64,000 nucleotides of DNA from an uncultured delta proteobacterium (GCA_963790475.1 CAWBOS010000006.1:192001-256000); one strand, 5' to 3'. Numbered from the stretch's first letter, positions 19,396-30,730 are shown. The notes: a model not told the origin generated them from the letters alone. Numbers and translations are program-made.

Positions 19396-20892
19396 ATGGC
19401 TCAATGCTTTAAAATTTGGATAGTAATAGCCTCCATTTTTTTATTCGTTGGACTTTGTGAGGCAAAAGATATTTATATTACTCAGACAGCAGCAGGGGGA
19501 AACACTGGAGCCGATTGCGCTAATGCCCATGCCGTGACATGGTTCAATTCTACCTCGAACTGGGGTACAGGGACTGGTAAAATAAGTCCGGGGGATACCG
19601 TTCATCTTTGTGGAACGATTACTTCATCCCTTTCGGCGCAGGACGGTAGTGCCGGAAATCCCGTGACTATCCTATGGGAAACAGGGGCCAAACTTAGCCA
19701 ATCCGCCGCCAGTACATTCATCGACATTACAGGGAGTACCTATCTTATCTTCGATGGAGGGACAAATGGAATAATTGAAAATACCGGAAATGGAACAGGA
19801 GGAACTTCGGTTTCAACCAAGGGTTTTGATATTGCAGGAGCCCATGATATTGAGGTAAGAAAATTAACCTTCCAAAACTTTTATACTCATACTTCCTTGA
19901 GCGACACAAACGTAGATGCGGCAGCAGGAGGGGCATTTTATATCAATGGTGGTGCTTCCAACATATCGATTCACGATAACACTTTTACCGATATAGGGTG
20001 GGTAATTAATCTTCAATGTGGATCAAACACCTGTTCGGGGTTCAATATTTATAATAATACCATTACGAATTACGATCATGGGATAGCCGTAGGAATGAAT
20101 AATGGTGGATCAATTACTGGCAGTAGCTTTTACAATAATCACTTTGGGACCACTCTGAATTGGGACACAACAGCCAATGCTTATCACCATGATGGGATTC
20201 ATCTGTATATCAATTCGGGAACGGCGACAACGGGAATCTCTATTTACAATAACCTTTTTGATGGGGATTGGGGAGATCATACTACAGCCCAAATTTACAT
20301 TGAAAATCCATGGTCGCTAACTGTTTATAATAATGTTTTTATCGGAGAGAATAGCAGAAATCTAACAAACGGGCATCTAAGTGTAAATGGTTTAAAAAGT
20401 GGTTCTAAAATATTGAATAATACGATAGTTGGAAGCGGGGCATCTTTTCAAACCGCATCGTGTTTGACTTTAGGCGGATCAGGAATGACAGTAGAAAACA
20501 ATGTTGTTACGGATTGTGCAAATCCAATTTATGTTGATATTCCATCTACCTTTACGAGCCTGGATTACAACATTTACGCCAAAAGTGGAAGCTCAAATGC
20601 TTTCAAGTGGGGATCTACCTTCTACAGTTACAGTAATTTTGCAGGTTGGAAATCTGCTTCAGGAGAAGGAAGCCATTCTTCGTATCAAACCAGTGCTGGA
20701 TTAAGTTCTACTGGTGTACCACAGGCAGGATCAATTGTTTTAAGTGGCGGAGCAAATTTAACTTCCCTTGATATAAACACTCTTAATTCGGATAAGGCAG
20801 GCACATCAAGACCTATAAATGGGGCTTGGGGCATAGGGGCTTTTCAGCTCTCTTATCCCCTACTTCAGCCAAAAAATTTGCACGTAAATTAA
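19396..20892 (+). CDS. Secreted right-handed beta-helix (pectin-lyase-like fold) protein; start ATG 19396 preferred over 19330
   Basis: Signal peptide ending CEA-K; PGDTVHL; repeated IYNN.F / HHDGI motifs; C-terminal WGIGAFQ. Confidence 0.7.
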   Translation: MAQCFKIWIVIASIFLFVGLCEAKDIYITQTAAGGNTGADCANAHAVTWFNSTSNWGTGTGKISPGDTVHLCGTITSSLSAQDGSAGNPVTILWETGAKLSQSAASTFIDITGSTYLIFDGGTNGIIENTGNGTGGTSVSTKGFDIAGAHDIEVRKLTFQNFYTHTSLSDTNVDAAAGGAFYINGGASNISIHDNTFTDIGWVINLQCGSNTCSGFNIYNNTITNYDHGIAVGMNNGGSITGSSFYNNHFGTTLNWDTTANAYHHDGIHLYINSGTATTGISIYNNLFDGDWGDHTTAQIYIENPWSLTVYNNVFIGENSRNLTNGHLSVNGLKSGSKILNNTIVGSGASFQTASCLTLGGSGMTVENNVVTDCANPIYVDIPSTFTSLDYNIYAKSGSSNAFKWGSTFYSYSNFAGWKSASGEGSHSSYQTSAGLSSTGVPQAGSIVLSGGANLTSLDINTLNSDKAGTSRPINGAWGIGAFQLSYPLLQPKNLHVN

Positions 20893-21270
20893 GGTTCATT
20901 TAAATACACAGTATTTTATAAACAGGACATTTTAAGAGCATTAGTGTTTGAGAATCGGGATGTAGCCCCGAAAGCTGCTACCAAACCAAACAAAATTCCC
21001 AGGTTGATCTCTTCATATAGAAGGTGTTTTGCAAGGGACGAATATATTCAATTTTCTATCTGGGGGGTACATAGTCCCGCCATCAATGAATCTTCTATCT
21101 TTTCTGCCATACTACGAAATAAGGAATCGTTAGATAGTTCTACGATGGCTTATTCAAATTTGAACTAGCCAGGTTTCCCTCAATTCATAACCCTCTTTAT
21201 TTCAGCCTTTTCATAAAGGTTTTTTTTGAAGGTGAGTATTTGACGGGGGTAAGATGGAGTAACAGAAATA

Positions 21271-21945
21271 TTGGAAAATTCAGCTTTCAAAAATAAGAGC
21301 GACCCGTACTACAACATGTTCAAGAGCCGGATAGCTTCTCTAATTCCTGACGGTCCGAATGTAATACTCGATGTCGGATGTGCGGCAGGCACCTTTGGCC
21401 GGAAGCTTAAGAAATGGAATAAGGCCCATGAATTAGTTGGGATTGAAATTTTTAAGGAAGCAGCGGATGAGGCTTCAAAATGTTATGATAAAGTATATTG
21501 TGCTGACGTAGAGAACTCTCAACTCGAATATAGTGAGTATTTTGATTTTGTGATTTGCAGTGATATCCTAGAACATCTCAAGAACCACTATGAAATTCTT
21601 CGCAAGATCCATGGTTGGTTGAAAAAAGATGGATTTGTTCTCTTTTCCATTCCCAATATTCGGTACTGGAGAGTGATACGAAATCTTGTCATTCTTGGTC
21701 GCTGGGAATATGCGGAGGCAGGGATCCTTGACAAGACCCACTTGCGATTTTTTACGAGGCGATCCTTTTTAAAAGTTCTAAGAGAATCTGGGTTCCTCAT
21801 TCAACATTACGAAATGATCGTAGACGGGCTTAAACAGAAGCTGTTTGATCGAGTTACGTGCCATCTTTTTGAGGAATTCATGGGAGCACAAATAATTTTT
21901 GTTGCGAAGAAAGGAGAGACTATCGCTAGCAGACGCGGAGGATAA
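21271..21945 (+). CDS. Class I SAM-dependent methyltransferase
   Basis: ILDVGCAAG, DILEHL, SIPN, GILDKTHLRFFT. Confidence 0.9.
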   Translation: MENSAFKNKSDPYYNMFKSRIASLIPDGPNVILDVGCAAGTFGRKLKKWNKAHELVGIEIFKEAADEASKCYDKVYCADVENSQLEYSEYFDFVICSDILEHLKNHYEILRKIHGWLKKDGFVLFSIPNIRYWRVIRNLVILGRWEYAEAGILDKTHLRFFTRRSFLKVLRESGFLIQHYEMIVDGLKQKLFDRVTCHLFEEFMGAQIIFVAKKGETIASRRGG

Positions 21946-22030
21946 AATAATTACTTGGGGGAACAGATTATTATGCCACTGCTTAATTGTAACTTATTTT
22001 ATGCTCCTTATAATAAAGGTGGACATTTTA

Positions 22031-23215
22031 ATGAAAATACTTATGCAAAATAGACAAATGGCTCTTTCATATCCCGGTGGTGATACAATACAAATGTTAA
22101 AAACAAAAGAATATTTGGAGAAAAATGGCTTAACTGTTGATATATCTTTAGAAAGAGATCCAGAGGTCAAGTCCTATGACCTAATTCATATTTTTAACAT
22201 GCAGGATGTCGCTGTTACCCATAGCTATTTTCAGATCCTAAATGCCAAGAAAAAACGGAAACCCATTGCTCTTTCAACTATTTACTGGAACCTCTCTGAG
22301 GCTAACTCATGGGCAAGAGTTTTTAGGCAAGAAAAAGGTCCGTGGTATAAAACAAAAACTCTTGACCAGGTTATAAATTCAATATCAAGAAGAGCATTCT
22401 CAGTCGAGATTAGAAGGTTGCGTTACCTTGAGTGGCTTCAATGGCGTGCGCGGCAAGAGGAAAGTAACGAATTGATTAAGTCTTAACAACTATCTTGTTT
22501 ACTGCTTGCTGATGTTGTGTTGCCCAATGCGATTGCAGAATTGGATATGCTGATCAACGATTTTGAGATTTCTCCCAATAGAGCGTATATAATTCCAAAT
22601 GGCGCAGACTCTCTTTTTGAACACAGCGATGGAGCGGAATTTAAAAGGAAATATGGGTTACAAGACTTTGTATTATGTGTTGGGAGGATAGAACCTAACA
22701 AGAATCAACTTATGCTTATTAGGGCGATGAAAGGCTCAGGACTTCCGTTGGTTCTAATAGGAAAATGCGGAGATAAGGAGTATCTAAAACGATGCTTGAA
22801 CGAGTCTAAATCTGAGGTTAAATTTTTAGAAGCGATGCCGCATAGCGATCTTAGGTCTGCCTACGGGGCAGCAAAAGTTCACGCTCTACCAAGTTGGCGT
22901 GAAACCCCTGGTCTGGTAAGCCTAGAGGCAGGTCTTGCCGGCTGTAATGTGGTGGTTACCAACAGGGGTTCTACAGAAGAATATTTTAGAGATCTTGCGT
23001 TCTACTGTGAACCTGATGATGTCTCATCAATTAGGAGCGCGGTCATAAGAGCATTCAACGCACCTAGGACTCGTGATTTGGCAGACCATATTTTCAAGAA
23101 TTACACCTGGGAAAAGGCGGCAGAGAAAACATTAGACGCATATAAATCTATTATCGCTGAAGGAAGCGCGAGAGATGCTTATGCCAAATCACCATCTTTG
23201 AGGTTGAACTCCTGA
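22031..23215 (+). pseudogene. GT4 glycosyltransferase interrupted by an in-frame TAA at 22484-22486
   Basis: PGGDTIQMLKTKEYL N-half and VGRIEPNKNQ...ETPGLVSLEAG C-half lie in the same frame. Confidence 0.8.
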
Positions 23216-23585
23216 AGATAGCCGCCATTTAAATGATTAGGATTCTTTATAACTCGCTGATACCTTATCATTTAAGAAGCGGGGTCAACTTCAGAGCCAT
23301 CAACCTGGCCAGATATTTACGAACCTCTCCTTGAACTTTAAACCAAATTATCGAGAAAATATTTCTGGAATAATTTGAATGCGCTTTAATAAATTTCTGA
23401 ATTGACCCTGTGCTGCCCAATCTTTTTATCCCTTTACTGGTAAATTCTTCTTGGTCTTTTAGACTTCTCTCTGCCTCTATTTTTCCATTTATTGAATTCA
23501 TCCCCTATAGTCATAGGGTTTCTCAAAACATCTTTATTTTATAATTATAGCCGGAAGCACTTTTGTCTCCATTTATGCGCCATTC

Positions 23586-25169
23586 ATGCATAATTTCGAT
23601 AATGTGGGTCTTGTGGTGAAAATAAAATCTGGGTTAGGCAAATTGAAAAAGATTGAAAGAATGAGGCTATTATTTGTCGGTGTTGTCAGAAGGTTTGAAC
23701 AAGAAACCCCAATAGTCTATAGGCTCCTTCATGGAGGTTTTTGGGCTTTGGGGGGCACAGTTGCTTCTCGTATTTTTTCCATGGCTACCACAATTTTCAT
23801 CGCCAGAATTTTGGGTAAAGAAGATTATGGGGCCTATGGCATGGTTCAGAGCACCATAGGTATGTTCGGCCTTTTTGCAGGGATGGCTATGGGAGCTACA
23901 ACTTCAAAATATGTTGCCCAACTGAAATCAAGTGACCCTGCGAGAAGCGGTAGGATTATTGGGCTCACAATGATGCTTTCGATCATTTCAGGAGGTCTAT
24001 CAATGGTACTCATAATTACAGGAGCACCATGGTTGGCCCGAGTAACATTAAATCGCCCAGATCTGACTCCTATTTTGATGACTGGAGCAATATTGTTATT
24101 TATGATGACTGTAGGTGGGGTTCAGATTAGTTCCCTCGCCGGGTTCGAAGCATTCAAAGAAATTGCGATAATTAACGTCATACAGGGCGTCGCTACTCCT
24201 TTTATATCTCTGCCCCTGGTATACATCTATGGCATCCATGGGGCTATAGTTTCACTTATTATAATTACTGCTCTGGGTTGGTATTTTTGTAAAATTGCCA
24301 TTAAGCGGGAGTGCGATAAATTCAACATTGTCTACAAGACGTTTTCCTTTTCAAATTTAAGTGAACGGGGCATTCTTTGGAGATTTGCCTTGCCTGCTTT
24401 AATTTCAGGCGCTCTGGTTATCCCGGTTACATGGGCTACCAATGCAGTCCTTGTGAACCAGATTAACGGTTATTCCGAACTTGGCCTCTTTAATGCAGCT
24501 AATCAGTGGCGGCAATTCATAACATTTATCCCTCTAATACTTTCCGGGGTTATGCTGCCCATATTCTCAGATGTTCATGGTAGGCAGCAGAGCCATGAGT
24601 TTGTCCACGCGCTAAACATCAATTTGGGTTTGACATGGACCATTGCCCTACCGATGACTATCCTGACAATCGTTGTCAGGGGTCTAATATCCGATTTATT
24701 TGGTAGGCAATTTTCCGGTATGGTCCCCTTGATGGCACCACTCATGGTTACTTCTTTCTTAAACATTTTAAACAACGTAATTGGAACAGCTTTAATGGGA
24801 TCGGGACAAATGTGGATCGGGGCAATGTTCAATCTGGCGTGGGCTATCAGTTTATGCATAATCACATTAATCATGGTTCCTAAGTTTGGGGGTTTGGGCT
24901 TAGCAATTGCTTATTTGATCGCTTATGCCTTACATACCGTCTGGCAGATGATTTATGTCGAAATGAAACTGGCCCCATCTTCAATCCTCCGACACTGGAG
25001 GTTAATCCTAATATCAATTTTCTGTTTGGGGATTGCACCTTTTACATCCCAATCCTATCTGCCTTCAATCATTCCAAACTTATTTTTGATTGCAATAGGT
25101 TTCGTGCCATTATCGGGACTGATATACAGATTCTTTTCTGCCCAGCGCTCTTTCACCATAACTACTTAA
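23586..25169 (+). CDS. wzx: Polysaccharide flippase (Wzx)
   Basis: IARILGKEDYGAY, ELGLFNAA; about 14 TM segments. Confidence 0.88.
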   Translation: MHNFDNVGLVVKIKSGLGKLKKIERMRLLFVGVVRRFEQETPIVYRLLHGGFWALGGTVASRIFSMATTIFIARILGKEDYGAYGMVQSTIGMFGLFAGMAMGATTSKYVAQLKSSDPARSGRIIGLTMMLSIISGGLSMVLIITGAPWLARVTLNRPDLTPILMTGAILLFMMTVGGVQISSLAGFEAFKEIAIINVIQGVATPFISLPLVYIYGIHGAIVSLIIITALGWYFCKIAIKRECDKFNIVYKTFSFSNLSERGILWRFALPALISGALVIPVTWATNAVLVNQINGYSELGLFNAANQWRQFITFIPLILSGVMLPIFSDVHGRQQSHEFVHALNINLGLTWTIALPMTILTIVVRGLISDLFGRQFSGMVPLMAPLMVTSFLNILNNVIGTALMGSGQMWIGAMFNLAWAISLCIITLIMVPKFGGLGLAIAYLIAYALHTVWQMIYVEMKLAPSSILRHWRLILISIFCLGIAPFTSQSYLPSIIPNLFLIAIGFVPLSGLIYRFFSAQRSFTITT

Positions 25170-25255
25170 CAGCAATTTCGAAGTACCATACAAATTTTTT
25201 TATAAATTTAAAAACGGTCAAACTCGTAACACAATTTCATATAAAAACTGAAAAA

Positions 25256-25381
25256 TGTCAGTTTTTTTTACAAATATTCAAATACTATATCAATAAAGTA
25301 ATATATTGAATCTACATTATATTATGTGATCTGATTTTTTTAGCCACATGAATCTATTTATTTATGTCGGGAATTTTTACA
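25256..25381. promoter_or_regulatory. Two TGT-N11-ACA sites (25256-25272, 25365-25381), candidate PrsR enhancer boxes
   Basis: tgtcagttttttttaca and tgtcgggaatttttaca; the second is nearly identical to the boxes upstream of the PEP-CTERM gene. Confidence 0.65.
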
Positions 25382-25445
25382 ATTCCTTGCTTGGCTATTT
25401 GAAAAAAATATGAAATTATTTAATAAAATTAAATAGATAAATAAT

Positions 25446-25461
25446 TGGTCTCAAATTTGCA
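25446..25461 (+). promoter_or_regulatory. Sigma54 -24/-12 promoter
   Basis: TGGTCTCAAATTTGCA, GG-N10-GC, downstream of two enhancer-like boxes. Confidence 0.6.
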
Positions 25462-25495
25462 ATACATTTATATAAAAAATGCAAGGAGATTCCAA

Positions 25496-28400
25496 GTGAG
25501 AAATTCACGTTTAAATATTAATTTATTGATATTACTATTTATTTTAATAGTTCTTCCGTCGGTTGCCAGGGCCGATTGGCTTGATCCCGGATGGAGTAGT
25601 CGAGGGGTAATAACCGTGACCAACCCCGGAGGGGTCTCTTTGACCGGATTTCAGGTCAAAATACCACTTAATAGTACCTTTGATTTTAGTAGGTCGAAAA
25701 ATGATGGCTCTGATATTCGTTTGACTTCAGCGGATGGCATTACCCCCGTTCCGTTTTGGATAGAGTCTTGGAATAGTGCTGAAAAAACAGGCATTTTATG
25801 GGCAAAGGTGCCATCCATTTCTCCTACGGGTACGGCCCTCTTTCTTTATTATGGAAATCCTTCGGCAGTCAGTATCTCTAATGGGTCGGCAGTATTTGAA
25901 TTTTTTGATGATTTTGAATCAAACGGCACTACGACACTCGGATACTACCAATTGAATTTTCCTCAGACGGAACTGGTAAGGGACCAAGCCTGGGAAGCAA
26001 CCGCTCCACACTCTCTCAGCGTGGTGGAAGTGAACAGCGGGGGCTACACTTATTGGGGTTATTACGGGCTGCAGGATGGCTGTGGTGGGGTCGGTCTGGC
26101 CCGCAGTAATGACCTTATTAATTGGACAAAATACTCCCTTAATCCTTTATTCAGTAATGGAAGGTGGCCTTCTGTTCTTAAGGTGGACAAGACCTTTTAT
26201 ATGCTTTATACCAAGGACTTTTGTGCTACCAGTTATATTATCTTAGCAGAAAGTACCGACGGAATAGCCTTCAGTGACGTAAAACAGATAGTGTTACCGC
26301 AAACCGGCTACCGCAACCAGAACCCCAATCTGTTTTTCAACCCAAACGATGGTCAGTATTATCTGTACTGGTACAACGGAAACGATTCAAACAATTTTAT
26401 CATTAAAGCACGAAAGGCCCCTACCCCTGAAGGATTGGATAACCCGGCTACTGAGACGATCGTATTGCAATCCAGCAATACACTGGCTGCCCCTAATATG
26501 CTATTCCGTGACGGAACGTATTTTCTCTCGACGGAAAGCAAGGATAGTTCCGGCAATTGGATTGTCGATATCTACTCCAGCACCTCGCCGACCAGCGGAT
26601 TCTCCATGCTACCCGGGAACCCAATTATTCCTGATGGTGCTGCCTGTAACTTCCAGCATGTATTTGGAACTCAACTTCATGACTACTATTGTAAACAGAC
26701 GGGAGGCGTCTGGACCTTAGACCATCAGGTCGCCGATTTGACAGCCGGACGGGTAAACGAGCCATCAGGGGATCTTAGCAAATGGGCTGCCAGCGGCGGC
26801 ACATGGAATATTGTCAGCGATATCCAGCAGGATGGATCCGTGGGCGGTGTGGCCCAGGGCAGTATCAGCAATACCCGGGACATTCTTCTCTCCTCGTACA
26901 CCGGTACAGATTATGTCCTTGAAGGGTACGGCCGGCTGCTCAGCGGGCGTGTGTGGGGTTTCGGCACGCGGGCAACCGACAAGAATAATTTGTATTCCAG
27001 TAATCTTTACGAGGACCTTGACGGGACTTATAACCTGTATGAATACGATTGGGCAGGAGGCAGGGCCTCGACGCTTGCGCTGGCGGGCGTGGGCCAGATT
27101 GACCTCGATAGCTGGTACAAGCTCACGGTGAAGGCACACGGGAACACGATAGAGGTATTTAAGGATGATGTGCTCATGATCAACCCCACCTCTTCTCAAT
27201 ATGCCTCCGGTGCGGTGGCCCTCTATGGCGAGCGAAATACCGTAGCCCAGTTCAACAACGTGCTGGTGAGGAAGTATGCAGCCACAGAGCCTGTGGCGAC
27301 AATCACGCAATCAACAGTCATCACGAGCCTCAGCCCTTCCTCTGCGACAGCCGGCGGTCCTGCTTTTACACTGACGGTGAACGGGGGCAATTTTACTGTC
27401 AATTCCGTAGTGCAATGGAACGGTTCGGCTCGAACGACCACGTTTTTATCGGGCAGCCAGCTTCAGGCGAGCATCAGTGCGGCTGATATTGCTAATTCCG
27501 GAATAGTAGGAGTCTCCGTATTTGATCCCAATTCATCCGGTCTTTCCAACACGGTCACGTTTACGGTTCAGGGTCCAGCCTTACAGCCGGTTCTCGTGAG
27601 CCTCGCTCCTTCCTCTGCGACAGCGGGTGGCCCCGCCTTCACCCTGACGGTGAACGGGAGCAATTTTACCGGAAGCTCCGTAGTGCAATGGAACGGTTCG
27701 GCGCGAACGACCACGTTCTTGTCGGGCAGCCAGCTTCAGGCGAGCATCAGTGCAACGGACATAGCCTCTTCGGGGAATGTTCCGGTGACGGTGTTTACCC
27801 CGTCACCCGGAGGAGGGACCTCGAATTCGATATCGTTTGGGATTGTTAATACCGTGCCACTTCTTGTGTCGCTCACTCCTTCTTCTGCGACAGCCGGTAA
27901 TTCTGCTTTTACCCTGACGGTGAACGGGGGCAATTTTACTGTCAATTCCGTAGTACAGTGGAACGGTTCGGCTCGAACGACCACGTTTTTATCGGGCAGC
28001 CAGCTTCAGGCGAGCATCAGTGCGGCTGATATTGCTAATTCCGGAATAGTAGGAGTCTCCGTATTTGATCCCAATTCATCCGGTCTTTCCAACACGGTCA
28101 CGTTTACGGTTCAGGGTCCAGCCTTACAGCCGGTTCTCGTGAGCCTCGCTCCTTCCTCTGCGACAGCGGGTGGCCCCGCCTTCACCCTGACGGTGAACGG
28201 GAGCAATTTTACCGGAAGCTCCGTAGTGCAATGGAACGGTTCGGCGCGAACGACCACGTTCTTGTCGGGCAGCCAGCTTCAAGCGAGCATCAGCGTAACG
28301 GATATAGTCTCGGCGGGGAATGTTCCGGTGACGGTGTTTACCCCGTCACCCGGAGGAGGGACCTCGAATTCGATATCGTTCGTTGTTGCCCCTCAACCGG

Positions 28401-29308
28401 GGCAGATAGGCTGGCTTGATCCGGCATGGAGTAGTCGAAAGTTAGTAACCATCACCAATCCGGGAGGGGTGACCCTGAGCAACTTCCAGGTTTGGGTGAC
28501 GTTAGACAGCAGCTTTGACTTTGCCAGCGTGAAAAGCGATGGCTCCGATATTCGCTTTACCATGGACGACGGCATTACCCCTGTTTCTTTCTGGATAGAG
28601 TCTTGGAACAGCACAAACCGGACGGCCCTTATTTGGGTGAATATACCGTCAATTCCATCCGCCGGGACGTCTCTTTATCTTTATTACGGAAATCCGGGTG
28701 CCGTCACGGCGGCCAACGGATCGGCAACGTTCGATTTCTTTGATGATTTTGAAGGGACAGCACTTGATACATCGAGGTGGACTGCGAGCGGAGGCACGTG
28801 GTCCATTGTCAGCGATGTCCAGCAAGACGGATCTGTGGGAGGGGTAGCCCAGGGAAGTATCAGCAACACCCTTGATATCCTTCGCTCCTCGTATACCGGT
28901 ACTGATTATGTGCTTGAAGCATACGGCCGGCTGCTCAGCGGGCGGGTATGGGGGCTTGGTACACGGGCAACGGACAAAAATAACTTGTATTCCAGCAATT
29001 TGTATGCAGATTTGGACAGTGCCTACAACCTGTATGAATATGGCTGGTCGGGAGGCCGTGCCTCGACGCTTGCGCTGGCGGGCGTGGGCCAGATTGACCT
29101 CGATAGCTGGTATATTCTCACGGTGAAGGTCCATGGGAATACGATCGAGGTATTAAAGGACGGGGTCTCCATGATCAATACTACCTCCGCTCTATATGCT
29201 TCCGGCGCTGTGGCTCTCTACGGCGAACGAAATACCGTCGCCCAGTTCAACAACGTGCTGGTAAGAAAATATGCAGCAGTGGAACCTCAGGCGACAATAG
29301 CGCCTTGA
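25496..29308 (+). CDS. Large secreted mosaic protein: DUF2341, GH43-like beta-propeller, ConA-like/DUF1080-like, 4 IPT/TIG repeats, second DUF2341 + ConA-like unit
   Basis: GTG 25496 after AAGGAG; signal peptide ARA-D; DGSDIR...FWIESW...YYGNP twice; 4x PSSATAG..FTLTVNG.NF. Confidence 0.78.
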   Translation: MRNSRLNINLLILLFILIVLPSVARADWLDPGWSSRGVITVTNPGGVSLTGFQVKIPLNSTFDFSRSKNDGSDIRLTSADGITPVPFWIESWNSAEKTGILWAKVPSISPTGTALFLYYGNPSAVSISNGSAVFEFFDDFESNGTTTLGYYQLNFPQTELVRDQAWEATAPHSLSVVEVNSGGYTYWGYYGLQDGCGGVGLARSNDLINWTKYSLNPLFSNGRWPSVLKVDKTFYMLYTKDFCATSYIILAESTDGIAFSDVKQIVLPQTGYRNQNPNLFFNPNDGQYYLYWYNGNDSNNFIIKARKAPTPEGLDNPATETIVLQSSNTLAAPNMLFRDGTYFLSTESKDSSGNWIVDIYSSTSPTSGFSMLPGNPIIPDGAACNFQHVFGTQLHDYYCKQTGGVWTLDHQVADLTAGRVNEPSGDLSKWAASGGTWNIVSDIQQDGSVGGVAQGSISNTRDILLSSYTGTDYVLEGYGRLLSGRVWGFGTRATDKNNLYSSNLYEDLDGTYNLYEYDWAGGRASTLALAGVGQIDLDSWYKLTVKAHGNTIEVFKDDVLMINPTSSQYASGAVALYGERNTVAQFNNVLVRKYAATEPVATITQSTVITSLSPSSATAGGPAFTLTVNGGNFTVNSVVQWNGSARTTTFLSGSQLQASISAADIANSGIVGVSVFDPNSSGLSNTVTFTVQGPALQPVLVSLAPSSATAGGPAFTLTVNGSNFTGSSVVQWNGSARTTTFLSGSQLQASISATDIASSGNVPVTVFTPSPGGGTSNSISFGIVNTVPLLVSLTPSSATAGNSAFTLTVNGGNFTVNSVVQWNGSARTTTFLSGSQLQASISAADIANSGIVGVSVFDPNSSGLSNTVTFTVQGPALQPVLVSLAPSSATAGGPAFTLTVNGSNFTGSSVVQWNGSARTTTFLSGSQLQASISVTDIVSAGNVPVTVFTPSPGGGTSNSISFVVAPQPGQIGWLDPAWSSRKLVTITNPGGVTLSNFQVWVTLDSSFDFASVKSDGSDIRFTMDDGITPVSFWIESWNSTNRTALIWVNIPSIPSAGTSLYLYYGNPGAVTAANGSATFDFFDDFEGTALDTSRWTASGGTWSIVSDVQQDGSVGGVAQGSISNTLDILRSSYTGTDYVLEAYGRLLSGRVWGLGTRATDKNNLYSSNLYADLDSAYNLYEYGWSGGRASTLALAGVGQIDLDSWYILTVKVHGNTIEVLKDGVSMINTTSALYASGAVALYGERNTVAQFNNVLVRKYAAVEPQATIAP
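27337..28381 (+). repeat. Near-identical tandem duplication of a two-IPT unit, period 543 bp
   Basis: 27361 onward matches 27904 onward; 27421 matches 27964. Confidence 0.9.
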
Positions 29309-29536
29309 TAAGGAGAGATTTTTAGGTTTTATATTCAAAAGCGTGGTTATAATGATAGCATTAAATCTATAAGTCAATCCATTTTCCTTCAAGAGGCTGC
29401 TTGAAATTTTCAACCAGCCTCCTTCCCTTTTTGACAGAGCTGACTCAATCCCTCATCCAAAATAATCAGAAATTTCAACTCTTCCTTACCGATGCCATAA
29501 AACGGTTAAGATAATTATTCTCGGGGAAAATTCTTT

Positions 29537-30730
29537 ATGAAGATAGCATTTATCTTTGGAACACGGCCGGAAGCCATTAAGTTGGCACCGATTATCCTGG
29601 CGATGAGAAACCACCCGGTTATGCAGGGCATAGTTTGTGTCACCGGACAACACAGAGAAATGCTTGACCAGATGATGAACGTTTTTGGAATCACAGCTGA
29701 TGCCGATTTAGGGCTGATGCAGCCTAACCAAACCCTGTCTGGTCTAACGGCAAGGGCGATAGAAGCCTTGGATGGGTTTCTGCAGGAGGTTAAGCCTGAT
29801 TTTATTTTTGTTCAGGGGGACACGACAACGGCCTTTTGTGCTGCCTTGGTTGCCTTTTATCACCACATTCCTGTTGGGCACGTCGAGGCCGGGCTACGGA
29901 CATATAACTATGAGGCTCCCTGGCCTGAAGAGGCCAATCGAGTCCTTCTTTCCCGTTTGGCCTCCCTCCATTTTACACCGACAGAAATCTCCAGGGAAAA
30001 CCTTCTTAAAGAAGGTATTGCGGATAAGACAATAACCATAACTGGAAATACTGTCATTGATGCCTTATTTTTAGCTTTAAAGATGGTTAAACAAAAGCTG
30101 CCAAGAATTCCGGATCTTCCAGATTTCCTTCAGCCTTCAGCCGGAAGCCAAAATAATAATCCAAGAATGATCCTCATAACCGGGCACCGAAGGGAGAGTT
30201 TCGGGAAGGGATTCGAAAATATCTGCCAGGCGATCGCTGAATTGGCAATGCGTTTTTCAGATGTCCATTTTGTCTATCCCGTTCATCTCAACCCAAATGT
30301 GCAAGTCCCGGTGAGGCGCATTCTTGGTTTCGGCGAGGGCGGTTCAAAAGAGAGAAGAAACGGGGAAGGCCAGTATGATCAAACTCCACTCTGGAATGTT
30401 CACTTGATTGAACCTTTAGCCTATCTGGAATTTATCGGTATGATGGAAAGATCCACCCTGTTACTGACCGATTCCGGAGGGGTTCAGGAAGAAGCCCCTA
30501 GCCTAGGGAAACCGGTACTGGTAATGCGGGAAACTACCGAGCGACCAGAGGGTGTAGCTGCCGGGACGGCTCGTCTGGTAGGAACGGACAAAGAGAGGAT
30601 CGTTTCTGAGGTGTCGCGCTTGCTTAATGATCAAGAATTTTACTTATCTATGTCCCAACGCCGTAATCCTTACGGAGATGGCCTGGCATCGGAAAGAATT
30701 ATCCAGGTGGTTTGTGACTACCTGAAATGA
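29537..30730 (+). CDS. wecB: UDP-N-acetylglucosamine 2-epimerase (non-hydrolysing)
   Basis: FGTRPEAIK, TGQHREML, GHVEAGLR, PEEANR, TGHRRE, DSGGVQEEAP. Confidence 0.95.
   Translation: MKIAFIFGTRPEAIKLAPIILAMRNHPVMQGIVCVTGQHREMLDQMMNVFGITADADLGLMQPNQTLSGLTARAIEALDGFLQEVKPDFIFVQGDTTTAFCAALVAFYHHIPVGHVEAGLRTYNYEAPWPEEANRVLLSRLASLHFTPTEISRENLLKEGIADKTITITGNTVIDALFLALKMVKQKLPRIPDLPDFLQPSAGSQNNNPRMILITGHRRESFGKGFENICQAIAELAMRFSDVHFVYPVHLNPNVQVPVRRILGFGEGGSKERRNGEGQYDQTPLWNVHLIEPLAYLEFIGMMERSTLLLTDSGGVQEEAPSLGKPVLVMRETTERPEGVAAGTARLVGTDKERIVSEVSRLLNDQEFYLSMSQRRNPYGDGLASERIIQVVCDYLK

Noticed and set aside
20944-23501. Short ORFs 20944-21168 (+) and 23268-23501 (-)
   Set aside because: No motifs or clear RBS; possibly eroded gene remnants in AT-rich spacers.
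26780-29300. DGR-type TR/VR pair in the duplicated ConA-like units
   Set aside because: Differences are mostly synonymous and not adenine-biased; this is ordinary domain duplication.
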